Source: Candidatus Woesearchaeota archaeon (GTDB lineage Archaea > Nanobdellota > Nanobdellia > Woesearchaeales > JACJVV01). Taken from it: a stretch of 64,000 nucleotides of DNA. The DNA is taken from NCBI GenBank assembly GCA_047602755.1, contig JBLKOM010000006.1, positions 77,561-141,560 on the forward strand, in the 5' to 3' direction. Positions within the stretch are counted from its first letter, which is position 1. Each line of letters opens with the position of its first letter. A program made the translations under genes and the position numbers. The notes beneath the pieces were generated by a model, which was not told the DNA's origin, made no database searches, and worked only from the letters and a program-made list of their open reading frames with translations. Positions 21,091 to 30,520 of the stretch are shown piece by piece.

Positions 21091-21156
21091 GAATAGAGTT
21101 TATTTATTAATAAATAATCATAATATATTTAATCTAGATTGTATTCTTGATGATAT

Positions 21157-21993
21157 ATGAGCGAAGAAAGTTCAGATTGTGATGAAAACAATACTGAGAG
21201 TAATGAAGAAGAAAGCCAAATAGAAAATGGTGAAGAAGATATTGCTTGCTTTGATATTTCTGACTTAGTAAAAGAAGTAACATCCGAAAATAGGCATTAC
21301 AGTAATGGAGAAAGGAATAATAGATATAAAAGTAAATCAAGAAAAAGTGAATATGCTAAAATGTCTGTTTATCATCCTGTTGATGAAGAAATAGATGAGA
21401 GTGATCTTGAAAAACATATCAATGATAAAAGTGAACATAAATCAAGAAAAACAAAAGCAGAACAAGATCCAAAAAAATCTGCTGCTTTATTAAAATATGT
21501 AAAAAAAGCAGTAAAAGAATTTTATGAAGAAGATTATTCTGATTTAGATAATTATATAAGAAGAAAGGGTAGAACACCAAGAAAAGCAGATTATGTAGGG
21601 ATTTCTGATGAAGAACCAGATGCAATAGCATATACATTTGGAAAAGATGATATTGCATTTGACATCGATTTCTTAGAGAAAATAGAAGAATTAGCAAAAT
21701 TTGCAGGAATTGATAGTGAAGAAGGAATAAAAGCAACTACAAAATATATTATAGCACATGAATTATATCATAATGCACAACCTACAAGAATAATGAGGCA
21801 AAAACATGTTAATGAATTAGATGTTGAACTTGCACTTATGGAATTATATACTGAAAAAGCATTAAGAAGTAGCGGTGAAGAAAAAGAAATAAATGCCAAA
21901 TTAACTCATTTGTCATACATAAGATATTTACAAAATTATTCAATGTTATTAAATGACAAAGGAATTGTTAATCTTGCTAGTTACAGAAATTAA
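21157..21993 (+). CDS. hypothetical protein with an acidic N-terminus and an HExxH motif (278 aa)
   Basis: IIAHELYHNAQ contains an H-E-x-x-H pattern (possible Zn-metalloprotease-like site). Weak evidence. Confidence 0.45.
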   Translation: MSEESSDCDENNTESNEEESQIENGEEDIACFDISDLVKEVTSENRHYSNGERNNRYKSKSRKSEYAKMSVYHPVDEEIDESDLEKHINDKSEHKSRKTKAEQDPKKSAALLKYVKKAVKEFYEEDYSDLDNYIRRKGRTPRKADYVGISDEEPDAIAYTFGKDDIAFDIDFLEKIEELAKFAGIDSEEGIKATTKYIIAHELYHNAQPTRIMRQKHVNELDVELALMELYTEKALRSSGEEKEINAKLTHLSYIRYLQNYSMLLNDKGIVNLASYRN

Positions 21994-22134
21994 TAACTAA
22001 TAAAAACTTGATTAATATCAAAAACAATAAACTAGATACTTATTAATATGAAAATTTAATTAAATTCTAAAAAATAGCTTTTATCAGCTCAAATCACGAA
22101 AACTTTAAAAATAGCATAAGTGATAGCGTCGTAG

Positions 22135-23343
22135 ATGGTATTATATGGAGTAATAATGGCAGGCGGTTCAGGAACAAGGTTTTGGCCTTATTCAAGAACA
22201 AACAAGCCTAAACAATTACTGAAACTTTTCTCAGATAAAAGTATGATGCAAGAGACTGTTGAAAGATTAAAACCATTAATCTTAGAAGAAAATATATTTA
22301 TTTCTACAAATCAACAATTAGGTAACCTTATCAAGAAAGAAATATCTAACGTAGATTATATTATTGAACCAATGCAAAGAGATACTGCTGCATGTATTGG
22401 CTTAAGTGCAATTACTATATATGATAAAGACCCTGATGGAATTATGTTCATTGAGACTGCTGATCATCAATATAAGGATATTGAATCTTATCATGATACT
22501 ATTAGAAAAGCTGCAATTGCTGCAATAAAAAATAAGATAGTATTAATTGGGATAAAACCTACATTTCCTCATACTGGTTTAGGATATATACAAAAAGGAG
22601 AGGAATTTGATGATGGTATTCCTTCTACATATATTATACAAGAGTTTAAAGAAAAACCAGAATTAAAAATTGCAACAAAGTTTGTTGAATCAGGACAATA
22701 CTTATGGAATTCAGGTATGTTTATTGCAAAATGTAGTGTGATGCTTGATGAAATCCAAAAACATATGCCTCATTTATATCAAGGATTACTTAGAATAAAA
22801 CAAAGTGGTTTTGATGATAGTATAATTAAAGAAGTTTTTGAGAATCTAGAAAAAATTTCTATTGATTATGGAATCATGGAAAAGTCAAGTAACACAATTG
22901 TTATTGAGAGTAATACACCATGGGATGATATTGGTGACTTTAAATCTTTAGAAAGATGGTTTCCAAAAGATGATAAAAAAAATGTAAAAATAGGTGAAGG
23001 TGAAGGAGATTCAACTAATTGTATAATTCTAACACAACGAAGAAAAATTATTGCAAATAATGTTAGTAATTTAATCATTGCTGATACAGAAGATTCAACA
23101 TTAATATGCAACAAAACTGATTTAAAAAATATTAAAAAAGTTATACAAAAAATAAAAGATGTAGGACTACAAGAATATTTAGATGATTATGTTAAAAATT
23201 ATTCTAAGAATATTATATCTCATGAGAGTGATGATTGTGACGTTGAAACAGATGGAATGATGGTATTATTAGGAGTACAAAATTTAGATATAAAAAGGGA
23301 TAAAGATAAATTGATTGTAGAAGGAGTAGAAGACCATGTCTGA
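22135..23343 (+). CDS. manC: mannose-1-phosphate guanylyltransferase (sugar-phosphate nucleotidyltransferase)
   Basis: N-terminus GVIMAGGSGTRFWPYSRTNKPKQLL is the characteristic ManC/GMPP glycine-rich NTP-binding motif. Overlaps the downstream phosphomannomutase gene by 8 nt. Confidence 0.8.
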   Translation: MVLYGVIMAGGSGTRFWPYSRTNKPKQLLKLFSDKSMMQETVERLKPLILEENIFISTNQQLGNLIKKEISNVDYIIEPMQRDTAACIGLSAITIYDKDPDGIMFIETADHQYKDIESYHDTIRKAAIAAIKNKIVLIGIKPTFPHTGLGYIQKGEEFDDGIPSTYIIQEFKEKPELKIATKFVESGQYLWNSGMFIAKCSVMLDEIQKHMPHLYQGLLRIKQSGFDDSIIKEVFENLEKISIDYGIMEKSSNTIVIESNTPWDDIGDFKSLERWFPKDDKKNVKIGEGEGDSTNCIILTQRRKIIANNVSNLIIADTEDSTLICNKTDLKNIKKVIQKIKDVGLQEYLDDYVKNYSKNIISHESDDCDVETDGMMVLLGVQNLDIKRDKDKLIVEGVEDHV

Positions 23344-24676
23344 AATATTTAAAGCGTATGATATAAGGGGAATTTATCCTAGTCAATTAAATGAAGATAC
23401 TGTTTACAAAATAGGTAAAGCATATGCCGATATGATTGGAAAAGGAAAAAAGTTAGTTGTAGGAATGGATATGAGATTATCATCACCTGTATTAAAAGAA
23501 GCAATAATTAAAGGAATTACTGAACAAGGAGTAGATGTTATTGATATTGATCTTGCAAGTACTCCTACTTTTTATTTTGCAGTATCAAAATTACAAGCTG
23601 ATGGTGGTATGCAAATCTCAGCATCACATAACCCTAAAGAGTATAATGGTGTTAAGATTGTAGGAAAAAATAGTTATCCAGTTAGCTATGATACAGGAAT
23701 AAATAAGATAAAAGAAAAAGTTGAGAATAATGACTTTTTAGAGGTTAATGGTGAAGGACAAGTTGAAACCTACAATGATATACTATATGAAGAATTAGAA
23801 TTTTCATTAAAACAAGCTGATATTAATAAAATTAAAAATTTAAGGGTTGTTGCTGATACTGCTAATTCAATGGGAGCACCAGATTTATCAGCTTTGTTTG
23901 ATAAATTATCTTGTGAATTAATAAAAATGAATTTTGAATTAGATGGAACTTTTCCTGCACATCAAGCAGATCCTTATCAAGAAAAAAATATAGTTGATTT
24001 AAAGAAAAAAGTTTTAGAAGAAAAAGCAGATCTAGGGATTGCTACAGATGGAGATGGTGATAGAATATTTTTTATTGATAATGAAGGAGAATTAGTTGAT
24101 CCTGCAATAATACGTGGGATTCTAGCAAAAATATATCTAAAAGAAAATCCTGGAGCGACAATATGTTATGATATCAGACCAGGGAAAATAACATATGATA
24201 TGATTATTGAGAATGGTGGAAAACCATCTATGACAAAAGTTGGTCATTCATTAATTAAAGCACAAGGAATTGAAGAAGGAGCTGTTTTTGCTGGTGAAAG
24301 TTCTGGACATTTTTTTATAAAAACAGAATATGGATTTTATGAAATGCCTATGATTGTAACATTAAAAATTTTAATAGAACTAAGCGAATCAGGAAAAACA
24401 TTTTCTGAGTATATTAAACCATTAAAAAGATATTATCACTCAGGTGAGATTAATAGTGAAGTTGAAGACAAAGAAGCAAAAATGAATGAATTAATAGAAA
24501 AATATAAAGATGGAAAATTATCAAAATTAGATGGAATTAGTATTGAATATGATGACTGGTGGTTTAATGTTAGAGCAAGTAATACAGAACCTAAATTAAG
24601 ATTAAATCTTGAAGCAGTGAATGAAAAAATAATGAAACAAAAAAGAGATGAAGTTATTTCTATCATCCGTTCTTAA
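23336..24676 (+). CDS. manB: phosphomannomutase/phosphoglucomutase (alpha-D-phosphohexomutase family)
   Basis: Active-site serine loop SASHNPKEYNGVK. Metal-binding DGDGDR. Sugar-binding GESSGH. Confidence 0.85.
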   Translation: MSEIFKAYDIRGIYPSQLNEDTVYKIGKAYADMIGKGKKLVVGMDMRLSSPVLKEAIIKGITEQGVDVIDIDLASTPTFYFAVSKLQADGGMQISASHNPKEYNGVKIVGKNSYPVSYDTGINKIKEKVENNDFLEVNGEGQVETYNDILYEELEFSLKQADINKIKNLRVVADTANSMGAPDLSALFDKLSCELIKMNFELDGTFPAHQADPYQEKNIVDLKKKVLEEKADLGIATDGDGDRIFFIDNEGELVDPAIIRGILAKIYLKENPGATICYDIRPGKITYDMIIENGGKPSMTKVGHSLIKAQGIEEGAVFAGESSGHFFIKTEYGFYEMPMIVTLKILIELSESGKTFSEYIKPLKRYYHSGEINSEVEDKEAKMNELIEKYKDGKLSKLDGISIEYDDWWFNVRASNTEPKLRLNLEAVNEKIMKQKRDEVISIIRS

Positions 24677-24677
24677 T

Positions 24678-25259
24678 TTAAATTACTCCTTTATTGCTTA
24701 AGATTATTTTTGAATTATTTTTTTTGCAAGCTTGTTTTAATGCTTTACCTAAGCCTTTAAACAATGATTCAATTTTATGGTGGTCACTTCTTCCAAATGG
24801 AATTCGAGTAACAATATTTGCTTTTAATCCAATGGAAAGTCCATACAAAAAGTCTTCTAAATTATCAGTATCAAAATTACCACAATACCTTCTTTTAAAA
24901 CTGCAATCATACTGTAAATATGGACGACCGCCTAAATCTATAGCAACAATAGATAATGCATCATCCATTGGATAGACAAAAAAGCCTGCTCTTTCTATAC
25001 CTATTTTATTTTTTAATGAATTAGATATTGCGTTTCCTAATACAATACCAACATCTTCAACTAAATGATGTTGATCTACACGTAAATCACCATTTGCTTT
25101 AATGATTAAGTCAATAGATGCAAATCTAGCAAAAGTTTCAAGCATATGATTAAAGAAAAAAATAGGAGAACTAATATTTGATTCTCCATTTCCATCTAAA
25201 TTGATTGTAACTTCAATTTCTGTTTCTTTAGTTTTACGAAATACTTTTGCTTTTCTCAT
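24678..25259 (-). CDS. hisB: imidazoleglycerol-phosphate dehydratase
   Basis: VFRKTKETEIEVTINLDG...DQHHLVEDVGIVLG is the IGPD D-x-H-H-x-x-E signature. The ATG at 25257-25259 overlaps the TGA of the upstream gene (ATGA). The ORF-track start at 25298 is probably too long. Confidence 0.8.
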   Translation of the reverse strand: MRKAKVFRKTKETEIEVTINLDGNGESNISSPIFFFNHMLETFARFASIDLIIKANGDLRVDQHHLVEDVGIVLGNAISNSLKNKIGIERAGFFVYPMDDALSIVAIDLGGRPYLQYDCSFKRRYCGNFDTDNLEDFLYGLSIGLKANIVTRIPFGRSDHHKIESLFKGLGKALKQACKKNNSKIILSNKGVI

Positions 25260-26242
25260 TTCCAACGTTTCATCAAATTTGCTTCTATTTCTGGCCAACG
25301 TATTCCACTATAAGCAAGCCCAGACATAAGTGAATATATAACATCTAATGATTCATTAACTAAAGCTTGTGGCATAATATTTCCTCTTACAAGTTCTTGA
25401 ACCCATTCTGCAGATTCACTTCCAAACTTTTTTACAATCTCATTTAAATCACTCAAAAGTTTAGATGTATAACTATTGGTTGGATTATCCCTACGTGATT
25501 CAATACGACTATATTCATATTGCCATGGATTTGATGGAGAAGATTTCCCAATTAAAACAATATCACTAAATCTAAATTTTCTTACTTCTTTTAATGAATT
25601 TTGTTTCATTGTTGAACCACCATATAAAATTTCAACACAACAATCATTTGTTCCATTGCTTACTGTAAATTCAGTATCACCGGCATAAGTTGTAATGCTA
25701 AAATTCTTTCCTTCCAATAGTGGATCTGTTTTAAGATATCTTTCAGATATTGTCATATACTTGACATTCAAAGCTACTTTTGCATCTTTTGGGATATCAC
25801 TAGCATTACCTGTTGAATTCATTAAACAAAGCATTGGACGAAGATACATTGCGTTAGGATCAAACCAATCATAGGTGTTAAGTACAGTAAGTTCTGGCTT
25901 TAAATCCATAAATGTACTCTTTGTCATAAATTCATCAAAAAGGTCGTCGCCAGTCATACCATATGCAAGATTACCTTTATTATTTTCATCTAGAACACGT
26001 TGAGGAATATCTTCTCCACGTGCTAAGATTATTTCAAGATCATCTTGATTAACTGAGATTACACCTTTTTGCAGTGTATCCACAAATTCAGGCCTAATAC
26101 CAGCATCAGGAAGAATACTTCGTACATATTCATTTAATCCTGAATTTTTTGGTATAAATAATGTTTTTTTTCCTTCATCCATAAACTGAAATATATTTTC
26201 TCTATACATTAAACTTTCTTGTTGCATTTTATTTACCTCCAT
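25256..26242 (-). CDS. hisGE: fusion protein: ATP phosphoribosyltransferase (HisG, short form) plus phosphoribosyl-ATP pyrophosphatase (HisE)
   Basis: N-terminal part has ...ARGEDIPQRVLDENNKGNLAYGMTGDDLFDEF (HisG core). C-terminal about 95 aa has ...NSYTSKLLSDLNEIVKKFGSESAEWVQE...LVNESLDVIYSLMSGLA (HisE/MazG-like signature). Confidence 0.7.
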   Translation of the reverse strand: MEVNKMQQESLMYRENIFQFMDEGKKTLFIPKNSGLNEYVRSILPDAGIRPEFVDTLQKGVISVNQDDLEIILARGEDIPQRVLDENNKGNLAYGMTGDDLFDEFMTKSTFMDLKPELTVLNTYDWFDPNAMYLRPMLCLMNSTGNASDIPKDAKVALNVKYMTISERYLKTDPLLEGKNFSITTYAGDTEFTVSNGTNDCCVEILYGGSTMKQNSLKEVRKFRFSDIVLIGKSSPSNPWQYEYSRIESRRDNPTNSYTSKLLSDLNEIVKKFGSESAEWVQELVRGNIMPQALVNESLDVIYSLMSGLAYSGIRWPEIEANLMKRWK

Positions 26243-27302
26243 AAACTTTTTTTGGGTCTATTAATCTTTGTTGCACTGTTTGAAATTTACCGTTAATCAT
26301 TTTATCAAAAAAACAAGTTTTATATCCTTCGTGACAAGCAAATGGTTTTTCTTGAGTCACTTTAATCAATAAAGTATCATCATAACAATTACGAAATATT
26401 TCAGAGACATATTCAAATTTCCCGGAAGATTCTCCTACTTGTATTTCTCGTTCTTGAGATACACTATATCGCCAAAGTTTTCCAGTATCTAATGATTTTT
26501 GCAAAGTACCACGGTTTTGAGTACACAAGTAAAGAACATCACCATCAACATTTTGAATTATCGCAGGAATTGTTCCTCTACCTTTGACAAAATCTAATTG
26601 ATTTGCATTAACTACTTCATCTATTGATATCTTACCTGTATAAAATGCCATCCCAATTACTGAATTTAATCCTAAATATTCTAGTTGGTAAATATCAGAC
26701 ATTCTAGTAATACCACCTGCTGCTGTAAGTTCTAGTGAGGACATCTCACGTAATTTCTTAAATAAATTCATGTCAGTACCTTGCAACATTCCTTCTTTAT
26801 CAACATATGTACATTGAAGTTCAGAACAAAATTCTTCTAATTCAGGCACTACAAATGAAAGATCTGCATTAAGTGTATTCTGCCAGCCATTAATGGCGAT
26901 ATTTCCTTGCTTTATATCTAAAGCAGAAATTAACTTTTTTCTTCCAATTGCTTGACTAGTTTTTTTTAAAAAAGAATAATTTAAGAAAAAAAACTTATCA
27001 AAACAAGAATTTCCTGCAATCACTTTTTTAGCGCCTAAATCTATTAATTCTTTTGCCTTATCAGCAGTTCTTACTCCTCCACCTACTCTTGCATCAACAA
27101 TCTTTACAAGATCTTTTATGATATCATAATTATTACCATTACCTTTTGCGGCATTCAAATCTATAACATTAATGGTAAGATTATTTTCTGCAAACAGTTC
27201 AGCCATTTCTTGATAAGTCTTTGCTATTTCAATCCCTTTTTCCTTGCCTTGTACAAGTTGAACAACTTCACCATCTTGTAAATCAATACATGGATATATC
27301 AT
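26229..27302 (-). CDS. hisAI: fusion protein: ProFAR isomerase (HisA) plus phosphoribosyl-AMP cyclohydrolase (HisI)
   Basis: N-terminus MIYPCIDLQDGEVVQLVQG...VGGGVRT (HisA TIM-barrel signatures). C-terminal about 110 aa has ...PAIIQNVDGDVLYLCTQNRGTLQKSLDTGKLWRYSVSQEREIQVGESSGK...FACHEGYKTCFF (HisI). Confidence 0.7.
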   Translation of the reverse strand: MIYPCIDLQDGEVVQLVQGKEKGIEIAKTYQEMAELFAENNLTINVIDLNAAKGNGNNYDIIKDLVKIVDARVGGGVRTADKAKELIDLGAKKVIAGNSCFDKFFFLNYSFLKKTSQAIGRKKLISALDIKQGNIAINGWQNTLNADLSFVVPELEEFCSELQCTYVDKEGMLQGTDMNLFKKLREMSSLELTAAGGITRMSDIYQLEYLGLNSVIGMAFYTGKISIDEVVNANQLDFVKGRGTIPAIIQNVDGDVLYLCTQNRGTLQKSLDTGKLWRYSVSQEREIQVGESSGKFEYVSEIFRNCYDDTLLIKVTQEKPFACHEGYKTCFFDKMINGKFQTVQQRLIDPKKVYGGK

Positions 27303-27307
27303 TTTAT

Positions 27308-27910
27308 TTACCTCCGTTTACTGAGATATAACTCAGCTTCACGAAATGCAATATCTACAGCTTGCTTTGCACTATCTGCACCAAATATTATCATTCTTTT
27401 TCTATCGTCAAAGTATTGGTCTGCTAGTTTTTCTGACCATCCGCCCGTATTACGCATTGCAATCATTGGAATATTTGCTTGATATGCAACAGCTAATTCA
27501 GTTAAAGTACCAGATCCACCACTCACAGAGATAACAGCATCACAACCAAGAACAAGTACTGATTCACGAGGTCCACCTCTTTCAGCACCACAAGGAATAA
27601 TTATATCTGCATTTTTTTCATATATATCTTTTCCTTTCCCATATGTGACACCAACAGTCAAGCCACCATATTTTCTTGCACCTCTGCAAGCAGCAGTGGA
27701 TAAACTATCATAATCTTTCTCAGCTCCAAAAAATAATATTCCACCACGTTTTGCAATCTCTTCACCTAGTTCTTCTGCAATTTCTTCTAACTTTTTTGCA
27801 TAATTTAAGTCAGCGGCAGAACCCATTACTCCTATTTGGAATCTGCGTTGTTTTTCATCTGGTAATTTTGTAACTGATTCAATATTTTTTAGTTGATTTT
27901 CATTTTTCAT
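27308..27910 (-). CDS. LOG/TIGR00725-like Rossmann-fold nucleotide-binding protein
   Basis: GVMGSAAD...VSGGSGTLTELAVAYQ resembles the LOG-family GxGxMG and PGGxGTxxE motifs. Confidence 0.6.
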   Translation of the reverse strand: MKNENQLKNIESVTKLPDEKQRRFQIGVMGSAADLNYAKKLEEIAEELGEEIAKRGGILFFGAEKDYDSLSTAACRGARKYGGLTVGVTYGKGKDIYEKNADIIIPCGAERGGPRESVLVLGCDAVISVSGGSGTLTELAVAYQANIPMIAMRNTGGWSEKLADQYFDDRKRMIIFGADSAKQAVDIAFREAELYLSKRR

Positions 27911-27912
27911 TT

Positions 27913-28143
27913 TTAGTACCTCATACCACTAGAATCCAGAACTATATATTCTGGTTCTATCAATGGCAATTTTTTAACACCAAAATCATTGGACAAATCT
28001 TGATTCTTTTCTTGTGCATACTTAATTGCATCTTGAACATCTTGAAATAAATCTTGAATACACACATATGGTTTTTGTTGAGGATAAGAGTCCCACAATA
28101 CAACACCAAATTGTCCTTTTGGTATTTTTTCTTCAATTCCCAT
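27913..28143 (-). CDS. small hypothetical protein (76 aa)
   Basis: ORF ending 2 nt before the LOG-like gene start. May be co-transcribed. Confidence 0.35.
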   Translation of the reverse strand: MGIEEKIPKGQFGVVLWDSYPQQKPYVCIQDLFQDVQDAIKYAQEKNQDLSNDFGVKKLPLIEPEYIVLDSSGMRY

Positions 28144-28500
28144 TTTTATTCTCCAGACAGCTATCGCTATCTTTTTGTTTTAGTTTTTTTTAATTTCAAT
28201 TTTTAATTTGAAAAATAAATTTAGTATGCAAAAATATTTTTAAGAATATTTTTTACATTGCTTATCTAGAACAATTATAATTTACGGCGCTACCCATGAA
28301 ATTTAATTAAATAAAATAAATTAGAATAACTGATTAGTTTATTTTGAAAGAATAAATAAGCTAAAAATATTGGCAATTGGAATAATAAATATGATAATAG
28401 TAATAATAATTTGAATTTTTTTGCATTAGAGTTGAAACTAGAAAAATTAATTTTACCGACAGTGAATATAATCAACTCGTTTCATAGTAATAATTAGAAA

Positions 28501-29631
28501 TCATAATGAGTATAAAAACTTTTTGATTTTTTTAATATCATATTCTTTTTTGTAATTCATACTAAGTTTTATTGATTTTTTTCTATCAATAATATTTAAT
28601 CTTGATAAAAATTCTAAAAATTGGGTAACATTTCCAGGTAATTCAACTAACTTTACTCTTTCAAAATCTATTAATACTGGTTTATCTTTTCTAATAATTA
28701 TATGCTTTAATGGTCTTACCATCTCTTTCTTTTCAATCTTTAACTTATCCATAATATACATCTGATCAAGAAGTAAAAGAATTATTTTTTTTATCTTTTT
28801 TTCATTAAATGATTTAATATAATCACCTATTAAAATACCATCAATATATTCCATTACTATCATGTCTTCATCATAGAAATATAACTTTGGGCCTATATTA
28901 TATTTATTTAACTTTTTCAACCAATTTCCTTCATTTATAATTGTGTTAAGTGCTTGACTTTTTGAATTCTTTATTTTTATTACAATATTTTTATTTTTAA
29001 ATTTTGCTTTATAGACAATTCCTCTTTTCCCTTTAGACAAATAATAAGAATTATGAATATTTTTTCTATTTAGTTTTTTTAATAATGAAGATTTAGTTAT
29101 TTTATAACAGTATAATACTTCCATCATAATACTTTTTTTGTCTAATAACTTAAAATCAAGTAAATAATTGGATATAAGTTGGTCAACAACATCTTTTTTT
29201 GTTAAAGAAGAAAACAATAATAATATAAAACCATTTTCAGTAAGATAATAATTGACTTCTGATAAAAATCTTTCAATAATTTCATACCCCTTTTTTCCTC
29301 CAGTTGTATAAAGCTTCATATTCTTAGGATCTTTTGCATCTGGAAGATATGGTGGATTGAATATTATAACATCATATTTTTGTTTTTTAATATTACTAAA
29401 TAAGTCGCTCTGCTTAAATTTAGCACTATTACAGTATTCTGATTTTTTGCAATATTCAATGGCATTTGAATTAATATCGACTCCTAAAACAGATTTTGTT
29501 TTTTTCAATGCTGTTTCACATTGAATTCCTGAACCACATCCAATATCAAGAACTTTATAATTAGGTTTAATTAATTTTTCAACATATTTTGAAAGAAGAT
29601 AACTATCCTCATCAGATTCATATATATCCAT
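28501..29631 (-). CDS. two-domain protein: N-terminal SAM-dependent methyltransferase (HemK/PrmC/Mtq2-like NPPY class) fused to a C-terminal Bud32/RIO-like kinase-fold domain (376 aa)
   Basis: VLDIGCGSGIQ (SAM motif I) and IIFNPPYLPD (motif IV). The C-terminal half has GKRGIVYKAKF...IVIKIK...MIVMEYIDG...LIDFERV (kinase-like beta3-Lys, hinge and DFG-like, but no HxD catalytic loop). Confidence 0.6.
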   Translation of the reverse strand: MDIYESDEDSYLLSKYVEKLIKPNYKVLDIGCGSGIQCETALKKTKSVLGVDINSNAIEYCKKSEYCNSAKFKQSDLFSNIKKQKYDVIIFNPPYLPDAKDPKNMKLYTTGGKKGYEIIERFLSEVNYYLTENGFILLLFSSLTKKDVVDQLISNYLLDFKLLDKKSIMMEVLYCYKITKSSLLKKLNRKNIHNSYYLSKGKRGIVYKAKFKNKNIVIKIKNSKSQALNTIINEGNWLKKLNKYNIGPKLYFYDEDMIVMEYIDGILIGDYIKSFNEKKIKKIILLLLDQMYIMDKLKIEKKEMVRPLKHIIIRKDKPVLIDFERVKLVELPGNVTQFLEFLSRLNIIDRKKSIKLSMNYKKEYDIKKIKKFLYSL

Positions 29632-29759
29632 ATAAAATATAGTATTATGATTTTGTATATAATATTTTTGGAATCAAGTAACATTAATTTGATTAAATGT
29701 GATATAAGCATTAGTGATATACAATAAACAATATAAATAATCAATATTACAACAAAAAT

Positions 29760-30512
29760 ATGAAGTATATTGAAAAAACATGGAATTACATAAAGAATAA
29801 TAAGACTAGAACATTTGTCTTAATATTTCTTGAAGTTATTTTTATGATTATAGCACTTAATCTTATACTAACTTATGTTCCACCAATATCAGAAAATATT
29901 GAAGAATATTATGAAATACTACAACTTGCTGGACCTGAGCAAGCAATTGATAGATTAACTGAAAGAACTGATGACATAATAAGACTTGAAAAAGAATTAA
30001 ATAAATTATTTCTTAATTTAATATTATACTTAGTCATAGCATTTAATATATTTTTTTTATTATCTATTACTATTATAATTAAAAGTTTAGATAAAAAACA
30101 GATCTTAAGAATTCTGATTAGCTTAGTATCTACTCAATTAATTATGGTTCTTCTTTTTGATTTAATTGTTGGTATAAAAACAATAACAGTAGATGTATTC
30201 TCACAATCTAGATTATCACTTTTTATATTTATTCTCATTGGATATGTTATGTATTATCTTATTATGATGGCAGTAATACCAAAAGAGCCTATTTATTTTA
30301 TTAAAAAAAGATGGAGTGGCTTTTTTGTAAGGTTTATTGTTGTTAATATACTAGGTATAATGTTATTATTATTTACACAAGTTCCATTATTGATTGATAA
30401 TGCAATAAGTATTATAATAATGATATTATTTCTTGTCATAATATTTATACCTTATCAACCAATATCCAAAATATACCTTGTACAAATATTAAATCAAAAA
30501 ATAAGAAAATAA
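29760..30512 (+). CDS. polytopic membrane protein (250 aa)
   Basis: ORF with several hydrophobic helices. Confidence 0.5.
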   Translation: MKYIEKTWNYIKNNKTRTFVLIFLEVIFMIIALNLILTYVPPISENIEEYYEILQLAGPEQAIDRLTERTDDIIRLEKELNKLFLNLILYLVIAFNIFFLLSITIIIKSLDKKQILRILISLVSTQLIMVLLFDLIVGIKTITVDVFSQSRLSLFIFILIGYVMYYLIMMAVIPKEPIYFIKKRWSGFFVRFIVVNILGIMLLLFTQVPLLIDNAISIIIMILFLVIIFIPYQPISKIYLVQILNQKIRK

Positions 30513-30520
30513 GTTAATTA

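Noticed and set aside
28290-28475. 61-aa minus-strand ORF in the intergenic region upstream of the methyltransferase-kinase gene
   Set aside because: It is hydrophobic and low-complexity with no start context, so probably noncoding. It was also inspected for ncRNA-like structure and none was evident.
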